Shown piece after piece: positions 1 to 14,619 of a stretch of 64,000 nucleotides of DNA (the first letter of the stretch is position 1; each line of letters begins with the position of its first letter). Source of the stretch: Octopus vulgaris (taxonomy: Eukaryota); the NCBI GenBank assembly GCA_951406725.2, contig OX597837.1:39308001-39372000 (forward strand), given 5' to 3'. The notes under the pieces were generated by a model. It saw nothing but the letters and a program-made list of their open reading frames with translations, made no database searches and was not told the origin of the DNA. Made by a program: the position numbers and the translations under genes.

Positions 1-108
1 AAGGGAAAGTCGACCTCGGCGGAATTTGAACTCAGAACATAATGGCAGACGAAATACGGCTCTGCATTTCTCCCGGCGTGCTAACGTTTCTGCCAGCTTG
101 TCGCCCTC
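1..108 (-). mobile_element. tRNA-derived SINE family A (head GGCGAGCTGGCAGAAACGTTAGC..., core GCCTTTCATCCTTTCGGGGTCGAT), partial
   Basis: Reverse complement matches many other copies in the window (e.g. 60938-61155); Pol III B-box-like GAGTTCAAATTCC. Confidence 0.85.
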
Positions 109-340
109 CTTATTTGTGGATATGTCATCATCATCATTATTTTAATGTCTGTGTCGGTGCATACATGAATCAGACGGAATTCGTTAGCAAAAGCAGATTC
201 TCCATGGCTCTGGATGCTCTTCCTGTTGCTAACCTTTGCCTTGTTTCCAAGCAAGGTCATATTGACATCACTTGTATGGTGGTGAATCTCATTCACAGCT
301 GTCATGCAATGACAAGACAGAGACACGAAAACACACACAC

Positions 341-377
<37 letters not shown>

Positions 378-699
378 CTCTTTTTACTAGTTTCAGCTGT
401 TTGATTGCAGCCATGCTGGGGCACCACCTTTAGTCAAACAAATCGACCCCAGGACTTATTCTTTGTAAACCTAGTACTTATTCTATCGGTCTCTTTTGCA
501 ATGCAGCATGTCACTTCCAAGTTTCTGGCAGAGAATTGCATCATGGTGCTGTTTTTCTCACACACAGTGCCCAACTGACCCTACTATACTGTGCAGTTGA
601 CAAAATCAAAAACAATGTGCAGGTACGAAATTAAAAATATAAAACGGTGACAATTTACCCATTTGCACCGTGTATGTATATAAGTTAAGTTAATTTTTT

Positions 700-1093
700 G
701 GCGCAAAAAGCAATGTAGGGGAACATGGAGTTATGTACAGGGTGGTGTTCATGCAAAGAGTTCAGGCCATTTGTGGTCAAGGGAGACTTTGAACCGAGCG
801 GTCGTCAGCATCTTCACTATCTCATCCGGCAGCTTATTCCACGGATCCGCAACCCAGACGGAGAAAGCCCCTCTCCGATTGAGATGAAATCGTCGCAGAT
901 AGAGCTTTTCGGAGTGACCCCACAGCCGACGCTCTGAAGCAGGAGTGAAGAACAGCTCTTTCAAGAGGTTACACTTTCCGCTTATGATGTGAGCAAGAAT
1001 GAGATCACCATGGCATCGTCGTTTTTCTAGAGAATAAAGGTCGAGCGTTTTCAGCCTTTCTTCATAAGACAAATGCTTGAGACCAAGAACCAT
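700..1093 (-). mobile_element. CR1-clade LINE 3' end, degenerate ORF2 C-terminus
   Basis: ORF 749-1093(-): LSYEERLKTLDLYSLEKRR.HGDLI...GHSEKL...FSVWVADPWNKLP is the typical CR1 ORF2 tail. Confidence 0.85.
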
Positions 1094-1264
1094 GCGGTAT
1101 ATGATGGGCTTCTTTTAGATTCTGGCTGTGAAATCTACTCAAAAGGCTTTAGTTGGCCCAGGAGTATAGTAGTAAACACTTACTCATGGTGCTGTGCAGT
1201 GGGATTGAACCTCCAAATCCTGTGACTGAGAAACAAACCTCTTAACTGCACAGCCACGTCTACA

Positions 1265-1328
<64 letters not shown>

Positions 1329-1640
1329 CACACACAAAAGGGATATGGCCTAATTGTTAGGGTGAAGGGCTCAGTCATAATGTCAGGGTTTCAATTCCTG
1401 AACTAAGAAATCTCATTGTGGGCTTGAGCAAGACACTTCATTTTATGTTGCTCCAGTTAACTCAGTGCTGGTGATGTCCTCTCTCTCTCTCTCCTTCCAG
1501 CTGTCGCATCTTCATCATGTGTTGTCGAGTGAATGACTGAGAGGTTCAATATAGCATTTGGTGTCTCTTCATTATGACTTAATCACTCAAAACAATTAGA
1601 AGCATGGAACATGCTACCAAGTCAAACACATTTGCAAATG

Positions 1641-1671
<31 letters not shown>

Positions 1672-1767
1672 AAAGCTAAGAGGTCATATTTATTAAACTA
1701 TTTCTGCAGCAAAAGGTCTTCTCATATTCAAGTACACATGAGCATATCAAATATCACTGTACATGCA

Positions 1768-2160
<393 letters not shown>

Positions 2161-2558
2161 TTTTAATAATTGGCAGATGTTACAGAATGACTCCAGGGCC
2201 GAGAGTTTTATGCATTGGCACACACACAAACACACACACACACATACACACACTGACACACATAATGTTCAAATCTATGCATGTATACGTGCACATCATG
2301 TGTGTATATATACACACATGTAAAATGCATAAAAGTGCATTCTATAAGTGGAATACAGAGTTAAGAGCATTCACCAAAATTCCTTGCAGTGTTTCTTCCT
2401 ACACTTTACATTCTGAGTTCAAATCTCATTAAAGTCAACTGTGTGTACCATTCCTCCAAGAGAAACAATAAAATGAAATTGGGGTGGTGGAATCCATATG
2501 CTGGTGAGGGATCATGTCAGCAAATTCCCTTTCTTCTCAAAATTGCTACCTTTGTGTC

Positions 2559-2777
2559 TTAACCTTTTAGCATTTAAGCTGACCATGTCTGGCCCAAAGT
2601 ATCCTACATTCAAACCAGTGAGATCTGAGTACTCATACATACCCTACAATGTCATTCTAAAAATAAACAATTACATCATAGAAATGTCAAAGCTACGAGA
2701 TAATGCGTGATTAATTCAAACAATACAAATAAATATGCATTACATTTGATAAAGAAACCTGAAAGCTTAAAGGTTAA
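2559..2777. mobile_element. piggyBac-like MITE
   Basis: TTAA-CCTTTTAGCATT ... AAAGG-TTAA ends; same family as 4866-6378. Confidence 0.6.
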
Positions 2778-2816
2778 TTAAAGATCATTATCATAATTTA
2801 TTTACATGTTGGAGTA

Positions 2817-2971
2817 GGAGTGGCTGTGTGGTAAGTAGCTTGCTTATGAACCATATTGTTCCGGGTTCAGTCCCACTGCATGGCACCTTGGCAAGTGTCT
2901 TCTACTATAGCCTCGGGCCGACCGAAGCCTTGTGAGTGGATTTGGTAGACGGAAACTGAAAGAAGCCCATC

Positions 2972-3017
<46 letters not shown>

Positions 3018-3240
3018 GTATGTGTGTGTATATGTTTATGTGTCTGTGTTTGTCCCCCAACATCGCTTGACAACCGATGCTGGTGTGTTTGCGTCCCCAC
3101 AACTTAGTGGTTCGGCAAAAGAAAACGATAGAATAACTACTAGGCTTACAAAGAATAAGTCCTGCGTTCGATTTGCTCGACTAGAGGCGGTGCTCCAGCA
3201 TCGCCACAGTCAAATGACGGAAACAAATAAAAGAGTAAAG
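2817..3240 (+). mobile_element. tRNA-derived CORE-type SINE family B, full length with internal (TA)/(TG) tract
   Basis: GGAGTGGCTGTGTGGTAAG (A box), GGTTCAGTCCC (B box), CORE-like ACCTTGGCAAGTGTCTT; more than 15 copies in the window. Confidence 0.9.
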
Positions 3241-3974
3241 AGTGTGTCTCCACGATAAGTTTTAGACTGCCATGGGGACAGAATGCTGAGCTGATGGATA
3301 CAACCATTTGTTAAGATTGTTTGTTAATATTCATGATTCTAAGTAACCAAAGTGTTAACGTATCTGATTCATTCTTAATATAGTCTGGCAGATTTGAATG
3401 TGGATATCTATTTGTTGTTGTGTATTCATCACCAGAGAACGCCTCCTCAATTACAGACACTTGGAACTGCCAGAATGTCTTTTAAATGAATAGATATGTT
3501 ATTGTCTGGATTCTCTCTGTTTTGCATATCCCTCATGAATTATTAATTAAAATGTTTATTTTTTTAAACATTTTTTTACGACTGTGGTGGGAAGCTCGGA
3601 AGTTAACAATGCTTTCATCTGTTTGTAACAACCGTAATTCTGAATTCTGAATTCAAAGGAACAATTGTGATAAAGCCCACGTTTTTTTTGTTTTTTTTTG
3701 ACTTTGGACATCTGAAACTTAAATCCAAATAAATTATAATATCACATTGTCATCAACCCTTTTATTACAATATTTCTGAGGAAATCTACTGCCTTTCTTT
3801 ATCCCTTTGCCTTTCTAAACCAGTTTCATAAGTTTGTCCTAAACATGTTTGTTTTCATCCCTTCTCTCATATGTCCTGTGAAATAGACACAAGACCGGCA
3901 AAGGATTAAGCAGTTTGGTTAGAAGAGACAGTTTTAGCCATGACCTTGGTAAAATACTATCATCCTCAAGGAGA

Positions 3975-4328
3975 GACAAACAGATTAAGTCGACCCCAGT
4001 GCGTAACTGGTACTTATTTAATCGACCCCGAAAGGATGAAAGGCAAAGTCGACCTCAGCGGAATTTGAACTCAGAATGTAGGGACAGATGAAATACCTAT
4101 TTCTTTACAACCCACAAGGGGCTAAACACAGAGAGGATAAACAAGGACAGACAAACGGACTAAGTCAATTATATCGACCCCAGTGTGTAACTGGTACTTA
4201 TTTAATCGACCCGAAAGGATGAAAGGCAAAGTCGACCTCGGTGGAATTTGAACTCAGAACGTAGCGGCAGACGAAATACCGCAAAGCATTTCACCCGGCG
4301 TGCTAACGTTTCTACCAGCTCGCCGCCT
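3975..4328 (-). mobile_element. SINE family A, two tandem copies
   Basis: Core aaggatgaaaggcaaagtcgacctc occurs twice. Confidence 0.85.
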
Positions 4329-4865
4329 TCAATACCATCATCCTCATCATCATTTAACGTCCATTGTCCATGCTGCCATAAAATGGATGATTTGACCACA
4401 GCTGGTAAGCTGAGGGGCTGCACTACACTCCAGTCTGATTTGGCATGGTTTCTACGGCTGGATGCCCTTCCTAACAGCAACCACTCCAAGAATTTGATCT
4501 GTGCTTTTGCGTGCCACTATACAAAATGTCTTTATAGTGACACTATTTCTTTGCCTGTTCAAAGCATTTCCATAAGTTTGTCCTAAAAATCCATGCTTGT
4601 TTTCAGAATTTATTTAGCCTAGGTTTCACACATTCTGTGTAATATAAAAGTTTCCTTTCATGAGCCCCTACTTACTCTTATGGTTGCAAAAAATTAGGAA
4701 TATATATCATGTATGATTCAAGGTTGCAAGGAATACATGGGACAGACAAGGGGTTTAATTAATCTTTAAAATAATGAGCAATTTAATAAAATAGCTTTGT
4801 CCTTATATAGAACTTGAACATGGAATTTGATGGATAATTTTGGGGATTCTTAACACTTTTAGCAT

Positions 4866-6378
4866 TTAACCCTTTAGAATTTAAACTGGCCACATCCAGT
4901 CAAAATATTCTACCTGTTTTATTTTCAAACTGGCCAGATTCAGCCTCTCACACTTACCCTACAATATTCTGCGCAGGAGTGGCTGTGTGGTAAGTAGCTT
5001 GTTTACCAACCACATGGTTCCGGGTTCAGTCTCACTGCGTGGCACCTTGGGCAAGTGTCTTCTACTATAGCTTCGGGCCAACCAAAGCCTTGTGAGTGGA
5101 TTTGGTAGCCGGAAACTGAAAGAAGCCTGTCGTATATATGTATATATATATAAGTGTGTGTGTATATGTTTGTGTGTCTGTGTTTGTCCCCCTAGCATTG
5201 CTTGACAACCGATGCTGGTGTGTTTACGTCCCCATAACTTAGCGGTTCGGCAAAGGAGACCGATAGAATAAGTACTGGGCTTACAAAGAATAAGTCCTGG
5301 GGTCGATTTGCTCGACTAAAAGGCGGTGCTCCAGCATGGCTGCAGTCAAATGACTGAAACGAGTAAAAGAGTAATCACATCATTGAAATCTCAGACATGA
5401 GATAATGGAAGATTAATTCAAAACAAGGTGAATAGATAAGGATTACATTTGGCAGAGAAATCTGAATACCAAAGGATTTAACTGGCCAGATCTCGCACCT
5501 ACCTTACAATGTCATTATAAAAGTATGCACAGGCATGGCTGTGTGGTAAGAAGCTTGCTTACCAACCACATAGTTCTTGGTTCAGTCCCACTGTGTGGTA
5601 CCTTGGGCAAGTATCTTTTACTGTAGCCTCGGTCCAACCAAAGCCTTGTGAGTGGATTTGGTAGGTGGAAACTGAAAGAACCCCGTCATATATATATATA
5701 TATATATTAAAACCCTTCAGCATTATATGCATCTACATATCATACCTTGGGGTCTTATCATATATTTATACATTTATCTATAAATATACAAAATATCTGA
5801 TAAAAGTCAATATTAATCCCCAAAAATGAAAAATATATATATGCATATATTTGTGTGTGTCTGTATTTGTCCCTCCACCATTGCTTGACAACCGATATTG
5901 GTGTGTTTACATCCCCTTAACTTAGTGGTTCGGCAAAAGAGGCCAATAGAATAAGTACCAGGCTTACAAAGAATAAGTCCTGGGGTCGATTTGCTCGACT
6001 AAAGGCGGTGCTCCAGCATGGCCACAGTCACATGACTGAAACAAGTAAAAGAGTATATCATGTACATGTCTGTCTATCTGTATGTATATGTTTGTGTGTC
6101 TGTGTTTGTGTCCCCACCATCGCTTGACAACCGATGTTGGTGTGTTTACATCCCAGTAACTTAGCGGTTCGGCAAAAGAGACCGATAGAATAAGTACTGG
6201 GCTTACAAAGAATAAGTCCTGGGGTCAATTTGTTCGACTAAAGGTGGTGCTCCAGCATGGCTGCAGTCAAATGACTGAAATGAGAATAATTGAATAAAAT
6301 CGCATCATCGAAGTCTCAAAACAATATCGGTCAAGAAGCTTTGCGCTTGATAGAAGAATCTGGATGCTAAAGGGTTAA
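4866..6378. mobile_element. piggyBac-like MITE(s) with nested SINE B copies (4975-5372, 5529-6052, duplicated tail 6085-6285)
   Basis: TTAACCCTTTAG ... CTAAAGGGTTAA termini; internal pieces match 2559-2777 and resume after each SINE. Confidence 0.65.
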
Positions 6379-6481
6379 AGAAGTTTGTGTCTCAAAGAAC
6401 CAAGTGCAATCATGGTCCCAAAAGGGGTTATACACTTACATACACAAACTCACACACTCTTTCTCTGACACACACACACGC

Positions 6482-6877
6482 TCTTTTACTCTTTTACTTG
6501 TTTCAGTCATTTGACTGCGGCCATGCTGGAGCACCGCCTTTAATCGAGCAACTCAACCCCGGGACTTATTCTTTGTAAGCCCAGTACTTATTCTATCGGT
6601 TTCTTTGCCGAACCGCTAAGTGACAGGGACGTAAACACACCAGCATCGGTTGTCAAGCAATGCTGGGGGGACAAACACAGACACACAAACATACACACAC
6701 ATACATATATATATATACAACAGGCTTCTTTCAGTTTCCATCTACCAAATCCACTCACAAGGCATTGGTCGGCCCGAGGCTATAGCAGAAGATACTTGCC
6801 CAAGGTGCCACGCAGTGGGACTGAACCCGGAACCATGTGGTTGGTAAGCAAGCTACTTACCACACAGCCACTCCTGC
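6482..6877 (-). mobile_element. SINE family B, full length
   Basis: Reverse complement of 2817-3240. Confidence 0.9.
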
Positions 6878-8285
6878 AGATATTTTTTTTATGCAATCAT
6901 AGGCAAACCAAACCGATGCATGTAATTCTTCCATTTCCCAGAGTTCTCTGTCTATCAGAGAAAGCCAGCCTTGACTTCTGCGAGAGAAAGCTGTACGTAA
7001 GCATTAGGAAAGTAAAAAACAAAAAGAAAATCATTAATAATAATACAAAACTTTGAATCTTTAATCCTTGTTCACTAATCCGCTTGTCCAAACTCTCTCC
7101 TTCCAGTCTCCTCTTCCTCCACCTTACAATATCAGCTGATGCCCAGTCCAACATGGGACTCGCTATGTGGTTGCTCTGTCTGCTAGAAATAGCAATCAAA
7201 TCTCTCTCAAAACACACATCCCCTAACTGTCATATGAAAGCAAAAAGAAAAAATGGGTAACAATAGGACACATGATAAAATATTGTTCTGGAGGTGGTCA
7301 TGGTTGGAACATGGTTGTGTAGTTAGGAAGCTCATTTTGTAATCATGTGGTTTTGGATTCACTCCCACACACCCACACACACCCAAATCTTATATGTACC
7401 CCCCATCCCACACCCACACCCAAATCTTATATGGACCCTGGTTGGGAACCACTGATGTAGGGGTTTTGTACGAGGCTTCAGCACTGTTGGTTATTGATGC
7501 AACTTGTTAAATTGTAAAGGGGACAGAGTTGATCTTTTTGTCCCCTTTTTTGCTCTACATGATACGAAACTATCCAGTGGGAGCATTGGAGAGGAACTTA
7601 GGAAGAAGGAGAGGAAGAGGAGGATGTGGGGGTTAATGGCATAAGTACCAACCATATAAGGGGTAGAAATGAATCAACTACACTCACACACACATGCACA
7701 CAGACTTATGCATACACACACACACACATGTACACATGCTCATTCATACACACATATACATACATACACGTGCACAAACACACCCACATGTGCATACGTA
7801 CACACATTTGTTGTTGGTCAAAGCTATGACCTTACATGGTTCGATCCATGTCTATACCTATACCATCATCCACACCACCATATCGTCCACTTTTCAATGC
7901 TTGCATGGGTCAGACAAAATTGCTGAGATAGTTTTCTACAGCCGGATACCCTTCCTGTCACTAACCCTCCCCAGTTTCCAAGCAAGGTATTATTTCATCA
8001 TGGGGTAGACATGTTTTTGCAGAATATTGGAAATGAACGACACTGCTTGTATGACAGTGACGCTCGTTTACGACTATCACATGATGTCAAAGGAAGACAC
8101 AAACACGTATACATTTATATATATGATGGGCTTCTTTCAAGTTTCTGTCTACGAAATCCACTTGCAAGGCTACGGTCAGCTCGGGGCTATAGTAGAAGAC
8201 ACTTGCTCAAGGTACCACACATTGGGAATGAACATGGAACCGTGTAGTTGGAAAGCAAACTTTGTAACCACAGCCACACCTGTGC

Positions 8286-8287
<2 letters not shown>

Positions 8288-8331
<44 letters not shown>

Positions 8332-8382
8332 ATGTATGTATCTGTGTGTGTGTGTATGTATGTATCTGTGTGTGTATGTATG

Positions 8383-8419
<37 letters not shown>

Positions 8420-8563
8420 AATATAAGAGAGTGGTCACTATGTGGCTCACTCCAGCACCAGTTAATCCAAAAGGTTTCAACCACGAAAATACATGTTTCC
8501 ACTTGGTGTTGAATAGATATACTATTAAATTAGTATCTAATTCTCTCACCCTTATTAATTAAT

Positions 8564-8596
<33 letters not shown>

Positions 8597-8820
8597 ATGT
8601 ATGTATGTATATATATGTGTGTGTATGTATGTATGTATATATATGTGTGTGTATGTATGTATATATATATGTGTGTGTATGTATGTATATATATATATAT
8701 ATATATATGTGTATGTATGTATATATATGTATATATGTGTATGTATATGTATATATGTGTGTGTATATATGTGTATGTATGTATATATATGTATGTGTAT
8801 GTATGTATATGTGTGTATAC
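8288..8820. repeat. (TA)n/(TATG)n compound microsatellites
   Basis: Seen directly. Confidence 0.9.
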
Positions 8821-10046
8821 TCTTCACTATACCCAAATATTACGGTGTGATCATCTTGAAACAAGGATTTTCTACACCTCAGGAATTCTGGAACCTGACG
8901 GCGGTGATAGCCGATGATTTAGGTTGAATGCTTCTCTGGAAATACCCTCCCAGGACATATATGCCTATATATATACAGACACACATATGTATATGTTTGT
9001 GTGTGTGTGTATATATATATATATATGTATGTATCTTTGTGTGTGTTTGTGTGTATAAATGTGTTTTGGTTGGTTGGTTGGTTGAGTTTAACAGCTTTTG
9101 GACTTATTTTTGTATTATAGATTTGTTGTGTTCTTCACCCATTTGTTGTTCATATCAAGAGTACAGGTAGGATCTGCCTCCTGTATTTGTATTTCCTCTG
9201 TCACCTGTCATTCAGTTTCGTCTGTCAGATGTCTTAAAAAAATTTTTACTTCGTTTTTTATGTATGATATGTTGATAGCACACTGATATTTATTTCATTT
9301 CATTGTATTCTCTCTAGTGCTCTTCAATCCTTTCACATAGACTCTGTGATGTCTCTCCTGTGTTTGTTAGATTGGCGTCATTATTTTGCATCTCCATACA
9401 ATTCATATGGTACCTAATGTCTCAAGTTGCATACTTTATTATTTGGTTAGTTATACATACTCTGCTGTAGTTCTTGTCAATGCAAAGCATTTTCTTAAAT
9501 AAGTATGACTTACATAGGAATAATTTAATGGCCCTGCTTATTTTTCCTTCTATTTTGATTTCTGATTTTGTATCATATAGCTTTTTTCAACATTTGCAGG
9601 CTAGTTCATTTCTTGGTATAGCTCTATGAATATCAGACCTTCAGACCTATGATATATGATGTATAAAAACATGTAATGTACAAATAAATATCTGTAAATA
9701 TAAAACCATCTGAATTTCTGAGTACCTCATTTCTTCTAATATAAAATACCTGTACATCATCTCCAAACCTTCTAATATACATATATGTGTGTGTGTGTGT
9801 GTGTGCGTGTCTTTGAATTGACATCATGTGATGGTCGTAAATGAGCATCACCATCATACAAGCAGGGTGGTTCCTTTCCAGTTTTCTGGGCATGGAAAAT
9901 ATTAGCCTTGCTTGGAAACAAGTGAGGATTGGCAACAGTAAACTCTGTCCAACTCATGCAGGCAAAGTAAATTGAACTCTTTTAAAGAATAATGAACATA
10001 TGTCTGTGTATGTATATATGTTTGTGTGTGTGTGTGTGTGTGTGTG

Positions 10047-10099
<53 letters not shown>

Positions 10100-10867
10100 T
10101 GCCATACATACATTTATTTATTTAAATCAACAAATTAATATATTTCTTGTTTCTTTTTGTTTTGTTTTATTGTTGTTCTTATTGTTCTAAATTAATCCTA
10201 AAACTGTATTTTCAGTAAATCTAAATCACTTTTCAAAGTTAATCCGAAATTTTCTCGTTAATCCAATTCATAAAAATTTTTTTAATATATTTTAAAGTTT
10301 TAATTATTTTCGTTTAATTACTCATCATGTTGATTTCTTTGTCTTTTTTCTCTCATTTTATATATATTTTTGTTTCGCTCTTTTTATTGTATGTTTCCCA
10401 AAAATCAATTTTGTTTCATTATTAATTATTGGAATTATTTTCTGTAATTATCAGTTACTTAATTGACTCAAGTATTTATTTAATCATATCACTTTTCAAA
10501 AGATGCTATGATCCTTAAAACATATTTAGTATATATGTATATATGTGTGTCTGTGTATATATATATTTTATTTTATTTTATTTGTGGATTGAACTTACTA
10601 CCAATGGTTTCATGCAGAGTTGAGCATTTATTTCCCCTGTTCACCAGTATTGTATGCGCACACATTTGTCTGCGAGTATATTAGTGTCCCCTTCTCCTTC
10701 ATATATGTGGTGGTGTTTACTTCTAATCTTCCATGGAAATGCCTGGGCAACAGAGGCAAAAAAAAATCCGTTTCAATGAATTCCATCTGATCTATGCAAA
10801 CATGGAAAAGTGGACCTTGAAATGTTCATGATAATGATGATGATGATGTTATTATTATTATTATTAT

Positions 10868-11174
10868 TCCAAATTCTGCCGAGGTCGACTTTGCCTTTTA
10901 TCCTTTTGGGGTCGATAAATTAAGTACCAGCGAAACTGGGGTCGATGTAATTGACTTTCCCTCTTCCACAAAATTCCAGACCTTGTGCCTATAGTAAAAA
11001 GGATTATTATTATTATTACTACTAAACTCTTGGAGTGGTTGGCATTAGGAAGGACATCCAACTGTAGAAACTCTGCCAAATCAAGATTGGAGCTTGGTGC
11101 AACCATCTGGTTTGCCAGCCCTCAGTCAAAATCGTCCAACCCATGCTAGCATGGAAAGTGGACGTTAAACGATG

Positions 11175-11206
<32 letters not shown>

Positions 11207-11590
11207 GGCAGTGAGTTGGCAGAATCATAAGCACAGCGAGCGAAATGCTTCACAGCATTTCGTCCGTCTTTATGTTCTGAGTTCAAATTCCACCAAAGTC
11301 GATTTACCTTTGGGGGGTTGATGAAATAAATACCAGTTGAGTATTGGAGTGGAGGGGGGGTCGATGTAATCAACCAGTCCCCTCTCCACCAAATTTCAGG
11401 CCTTGTGCCTACCGTCATCTTCATCATCATCACAGTGATGAGAGCCAGCAGAATCACTAACATGGCCAGCAAAATACTTTGCAGCATCTTGTTTGACTTT
11501 GCCTTTCTTCCTTTCGGGGTTGATAAAGTAAGCGCCAGTTGAAAACTGAGGTCAATTTAATTGACTTACCCCGCCCTTGAAATTGAAACC
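10868..11590 (+). mobile_element. Cluster of SINE A copies plus an RTE 3'-tail fragment (11030-11175)
   Basis: Family A core repeated; the RTE tail ...GGAAGGACATCCAACTG...CCAACCCATGCTAGCATGG...GATGAT matches 21490-21632. Confidence 0.75.
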
Positions 11591-11636
11591 ATTATTATTA
11601 TTATTATTATCATTATTATTATTATTATTATTATTA

Positions 11637-11682
<46 letters not shown>

Positions 11683-11693
11683 TAATATTATTA

Positions 11694-11745
<52 letters not shown>

Positions 11746-11750
11746 CATTA

Positions 11751-11781
<31 letters not shown>

Positions 11782-11792
11782 TAATATTATTA

Positions 11793-11835
<43 letters not shown>

Positions 11836-11843
11836 CATTATTA

Positions 11844-11874
<31 letters not shown>

Positions 11875-11885
11875 TAATATTATTA

Positions 11886-11925
<40 letters not shown>

Positions 11926-11933
11926 CATTATTA

Positions 11934-11964
<31 letters not shown>

Positions 11965-11975
11965 TAATATTATTA

Positions 11976-12066
<91 letters not shown>

Positions 12067-12077
12067 TAATATTATTA

Positions 12078-12114
<37 letters not shown>

Positions 12115-12119
12115 CATTA

Positions 12120-12150
<31 letters not shown>

Positions 12151-12161
12151 TAATATTATTA

Positions 12162-12243
<82 letters not shown>

Positions 12244-12254
12244 TAATATTATTA

Positions 12255-12297
<43 letters not shown>

Positions 12298-12302
12298 CAT
12301 TA

Positions 12303-12333
<31 letters not shown>

Positions 12334-12344
12334 TAATATTATTA

Positions 12345-12429
<85 letters not shown>

Positions 12430-12440
12430 TAATATTATTA

Positions 12441-12528
<88 letters not shown>

Positions 12529-12568
12529 TAATATTATTATTTTTATTATTATTATTATTATTATTATA
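11590..12568. repeat. (TTA)n array with a higher-order unit of about 85-100 bp (10 copies)
   Basis: Marker TCATTATCATTATTAATATTATTATTTTT recurs 10 times. Confidence 0.95.
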
Positions 12569-13115
12569 ACGGTGGTGAGCTGGCAGAATTGTTAAGATAC
12601 CAAGCAAAATGCTTGGCGGCATTTTGTCCGTCTTTACATTCTGATTTCAAATTCTGCCAGGGTCAGCCTTGCCTTTCATCCTTTCAGGGCTGATAAAATA
12701 AATACCAGTTACGCACTGGGGCCAATGTAATCAACTTACCTCCTCCCCTGAATTGGCTGGCTTTGTGCCAAAATTTCAAATCATTATTGTGATTTAAAAA
12801 GGTAATATAAAAGGAGAAAGGGGCTCTCTACCCCCTTTTTGACCAGGCTCCCATGGGCTTTTATGGTTTTTTTCTACCAGGAACCTTTCTTAACGCCTCC
12901 CCGTATTAGGAGTTTTTCGTTGTTAAACTGCTTTTTTACTCATTTTTTTTTTCACAAATTGACATGACCCTTTGTAACCTTTCGTCCTGTTTTGTCCCTT
13001 TATGTAATAATTGATTTTTGTCAGCCCTTGTGGCCAATAAAAGAATTAATTATTATTATTGTTGTTGTTGTTGTATGAAAATGTTTATTGTTATTTTCTT
13101 CTTTTTCTCTTACAG

Positions 13116-13218
13116 TAAAGGATTATACTCGACTGAGGATTGCTGGGATAGCAGCTGGTATCACTTCCTGCATACTTGTTCTTATATTAGTTATGTGTGT
13201 CATTTTTGTATATATCAA
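13116..13218 (+). CDS. Internal exon encoding a transmembrane helix of an unidentified single-pass membrane protein
   Basis: Acceptor ttctttttctcttacag and donor gtaagt; phase 1 to 2; reads xKDYTRLRIAGIAAGITSCILVLILVMCVIFVYIK. Confidence 0.8.
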
Positions 13219-13344
13219 GTAAGTTTTTTATTTTTTTTTTTACTATTGTTGTTGTTATTATTTTTGTTCTTCTTAGTAATGTTGTATATCTCTATTATAT
13301 TCACTGTTCTGGAAAAATTTTTTATATGAATATATATATATATA

Positions 13345-13580
13345 TATAAATTAAATTAGAGATAAAACCACTATTATGCAACTCAAATAGACATAAAAGT
13401 TTGATAATTTAAAAATATAAATTTTAAAATTTTAAATTTTAATAATTTAAATTTTATATTTTATATATATATTATATATTATATTAATTATATTTTTTAT
13501 TTTTTGTTTTTTATCTTTTGGTTTATGTCTATCACTGTTTGAGTTGCCTAATAGTGGTTTTATCTCTAATTTAATTTATA
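13345..13580. repeat. Fold-back (inverted repeat) element flanked by (TA)n, probably Penelope-derived
   Basis: ttagagataaaaccactatta...gcaactcaa versus ttgagttgcc.taatagtggttttatctctaa. Confidence 0.75.
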
Positions 13581-13638
13581 TTGTGAAATTTGATTTAATC
13601 CTAAATCTAATTTTTCCCTGTAAGTTTGGATACACTTC

Positions 13639-13682
<44 letters not shown>

Positions 13683-13806
13683 CATTACAGATTTAGGGTA
13701 AAAAATTATTAATTTAATAAATTAACAAATTTTACCAGAATTGTTTCGCTATAGAAGAGAACCATATTCAGTAAAAACTTATACGAAAAGTTTTTTTATA
13801 TATAAT

Positions 13807-14007
13807 TATAACAATAATTAAGGGTTTAGCAACAAGCTGATTCACCACATACCGAAAATTTAGAAATAGCAGCCAAAAGACCGCTATTTCGTTTTTCCTA
13901 CTGGAGACATATTTTGTAGGAAAAATGAAATAGCGATCCTTTGGCTGCTATTTCTAAATTTTCGGTATGTGGTGAAGCAACTTGTTGCTAAACCCTTAAT
14001 TGTTATA
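13807..14007. repeat. Fold-back element (arms about 95 bp) flanked by (TA)n
   Basis: aagggtttagcaacaag...accacataccgaaaatttagaaatagcagccaaa versus its reverse complement. Confidence 0.8.
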
Positions 14008-14581
14008 AATATATATATATATATATATATAAATTAAGAAATGGAGTTAAACGCAGGTGTTATTCAAATCATTTATATTTCCAACCTATGCTTTGAAAAG
14101 AGCATTGAGATCATTCCGGAGGGAATTAAAAATGATGTAAAACAATGCAATCATCTCATCAGGGGGAAAAAGGAACAAAACACATCAATAAGCCATTTTA
14201 ACCGAATGTGATTACCATGTATGTAAGTATATGATGTAAGGAGAACACTAGCAAGTAATTTTTAAAAAAGAACGTTAAAACATTTAACGTCAAAGGTAAT
14301 TTAGAGAAAAAGGAGAAGAAAGAAAGAAATTAAGAGTGGGAAAATATAGTGTGATAGATGAATGGGAATGAAGTTTAAAAGCGTGGAAATAGATATATGT
14401 AGTGGAAATTAAATGTAAGAAGACAATTAAAGGTCGAATTTTATAGATTGGTAGAAATTATAGGAACTAAAGGTATATTTTTGCCAATGTTTATAATGAT
14501 AGATGCATTCTTTAACTCTACCCTGGTAACTATTTATTTTTTCTGTGTTATTTGTACAAATTGAAAAAATATACATTCATT

Positions 14582-14619
<38 letters not shown>

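Noticed and set aside
568-622. Candidate upstream exon of the membrane-protein gene (cacag ... CAG|gtacg); likewise the acceptor-like site at 1500
   Set aside because: No recognisable peptide, phase not compatible with the phase-1 TM exon, and stops in all frames after 1500
11552-12622. 300+ aa ORFs (poly-N, poly-I, poly-L)
   Set aside because: Translations of the (TTA)n array; no splice or compositional support
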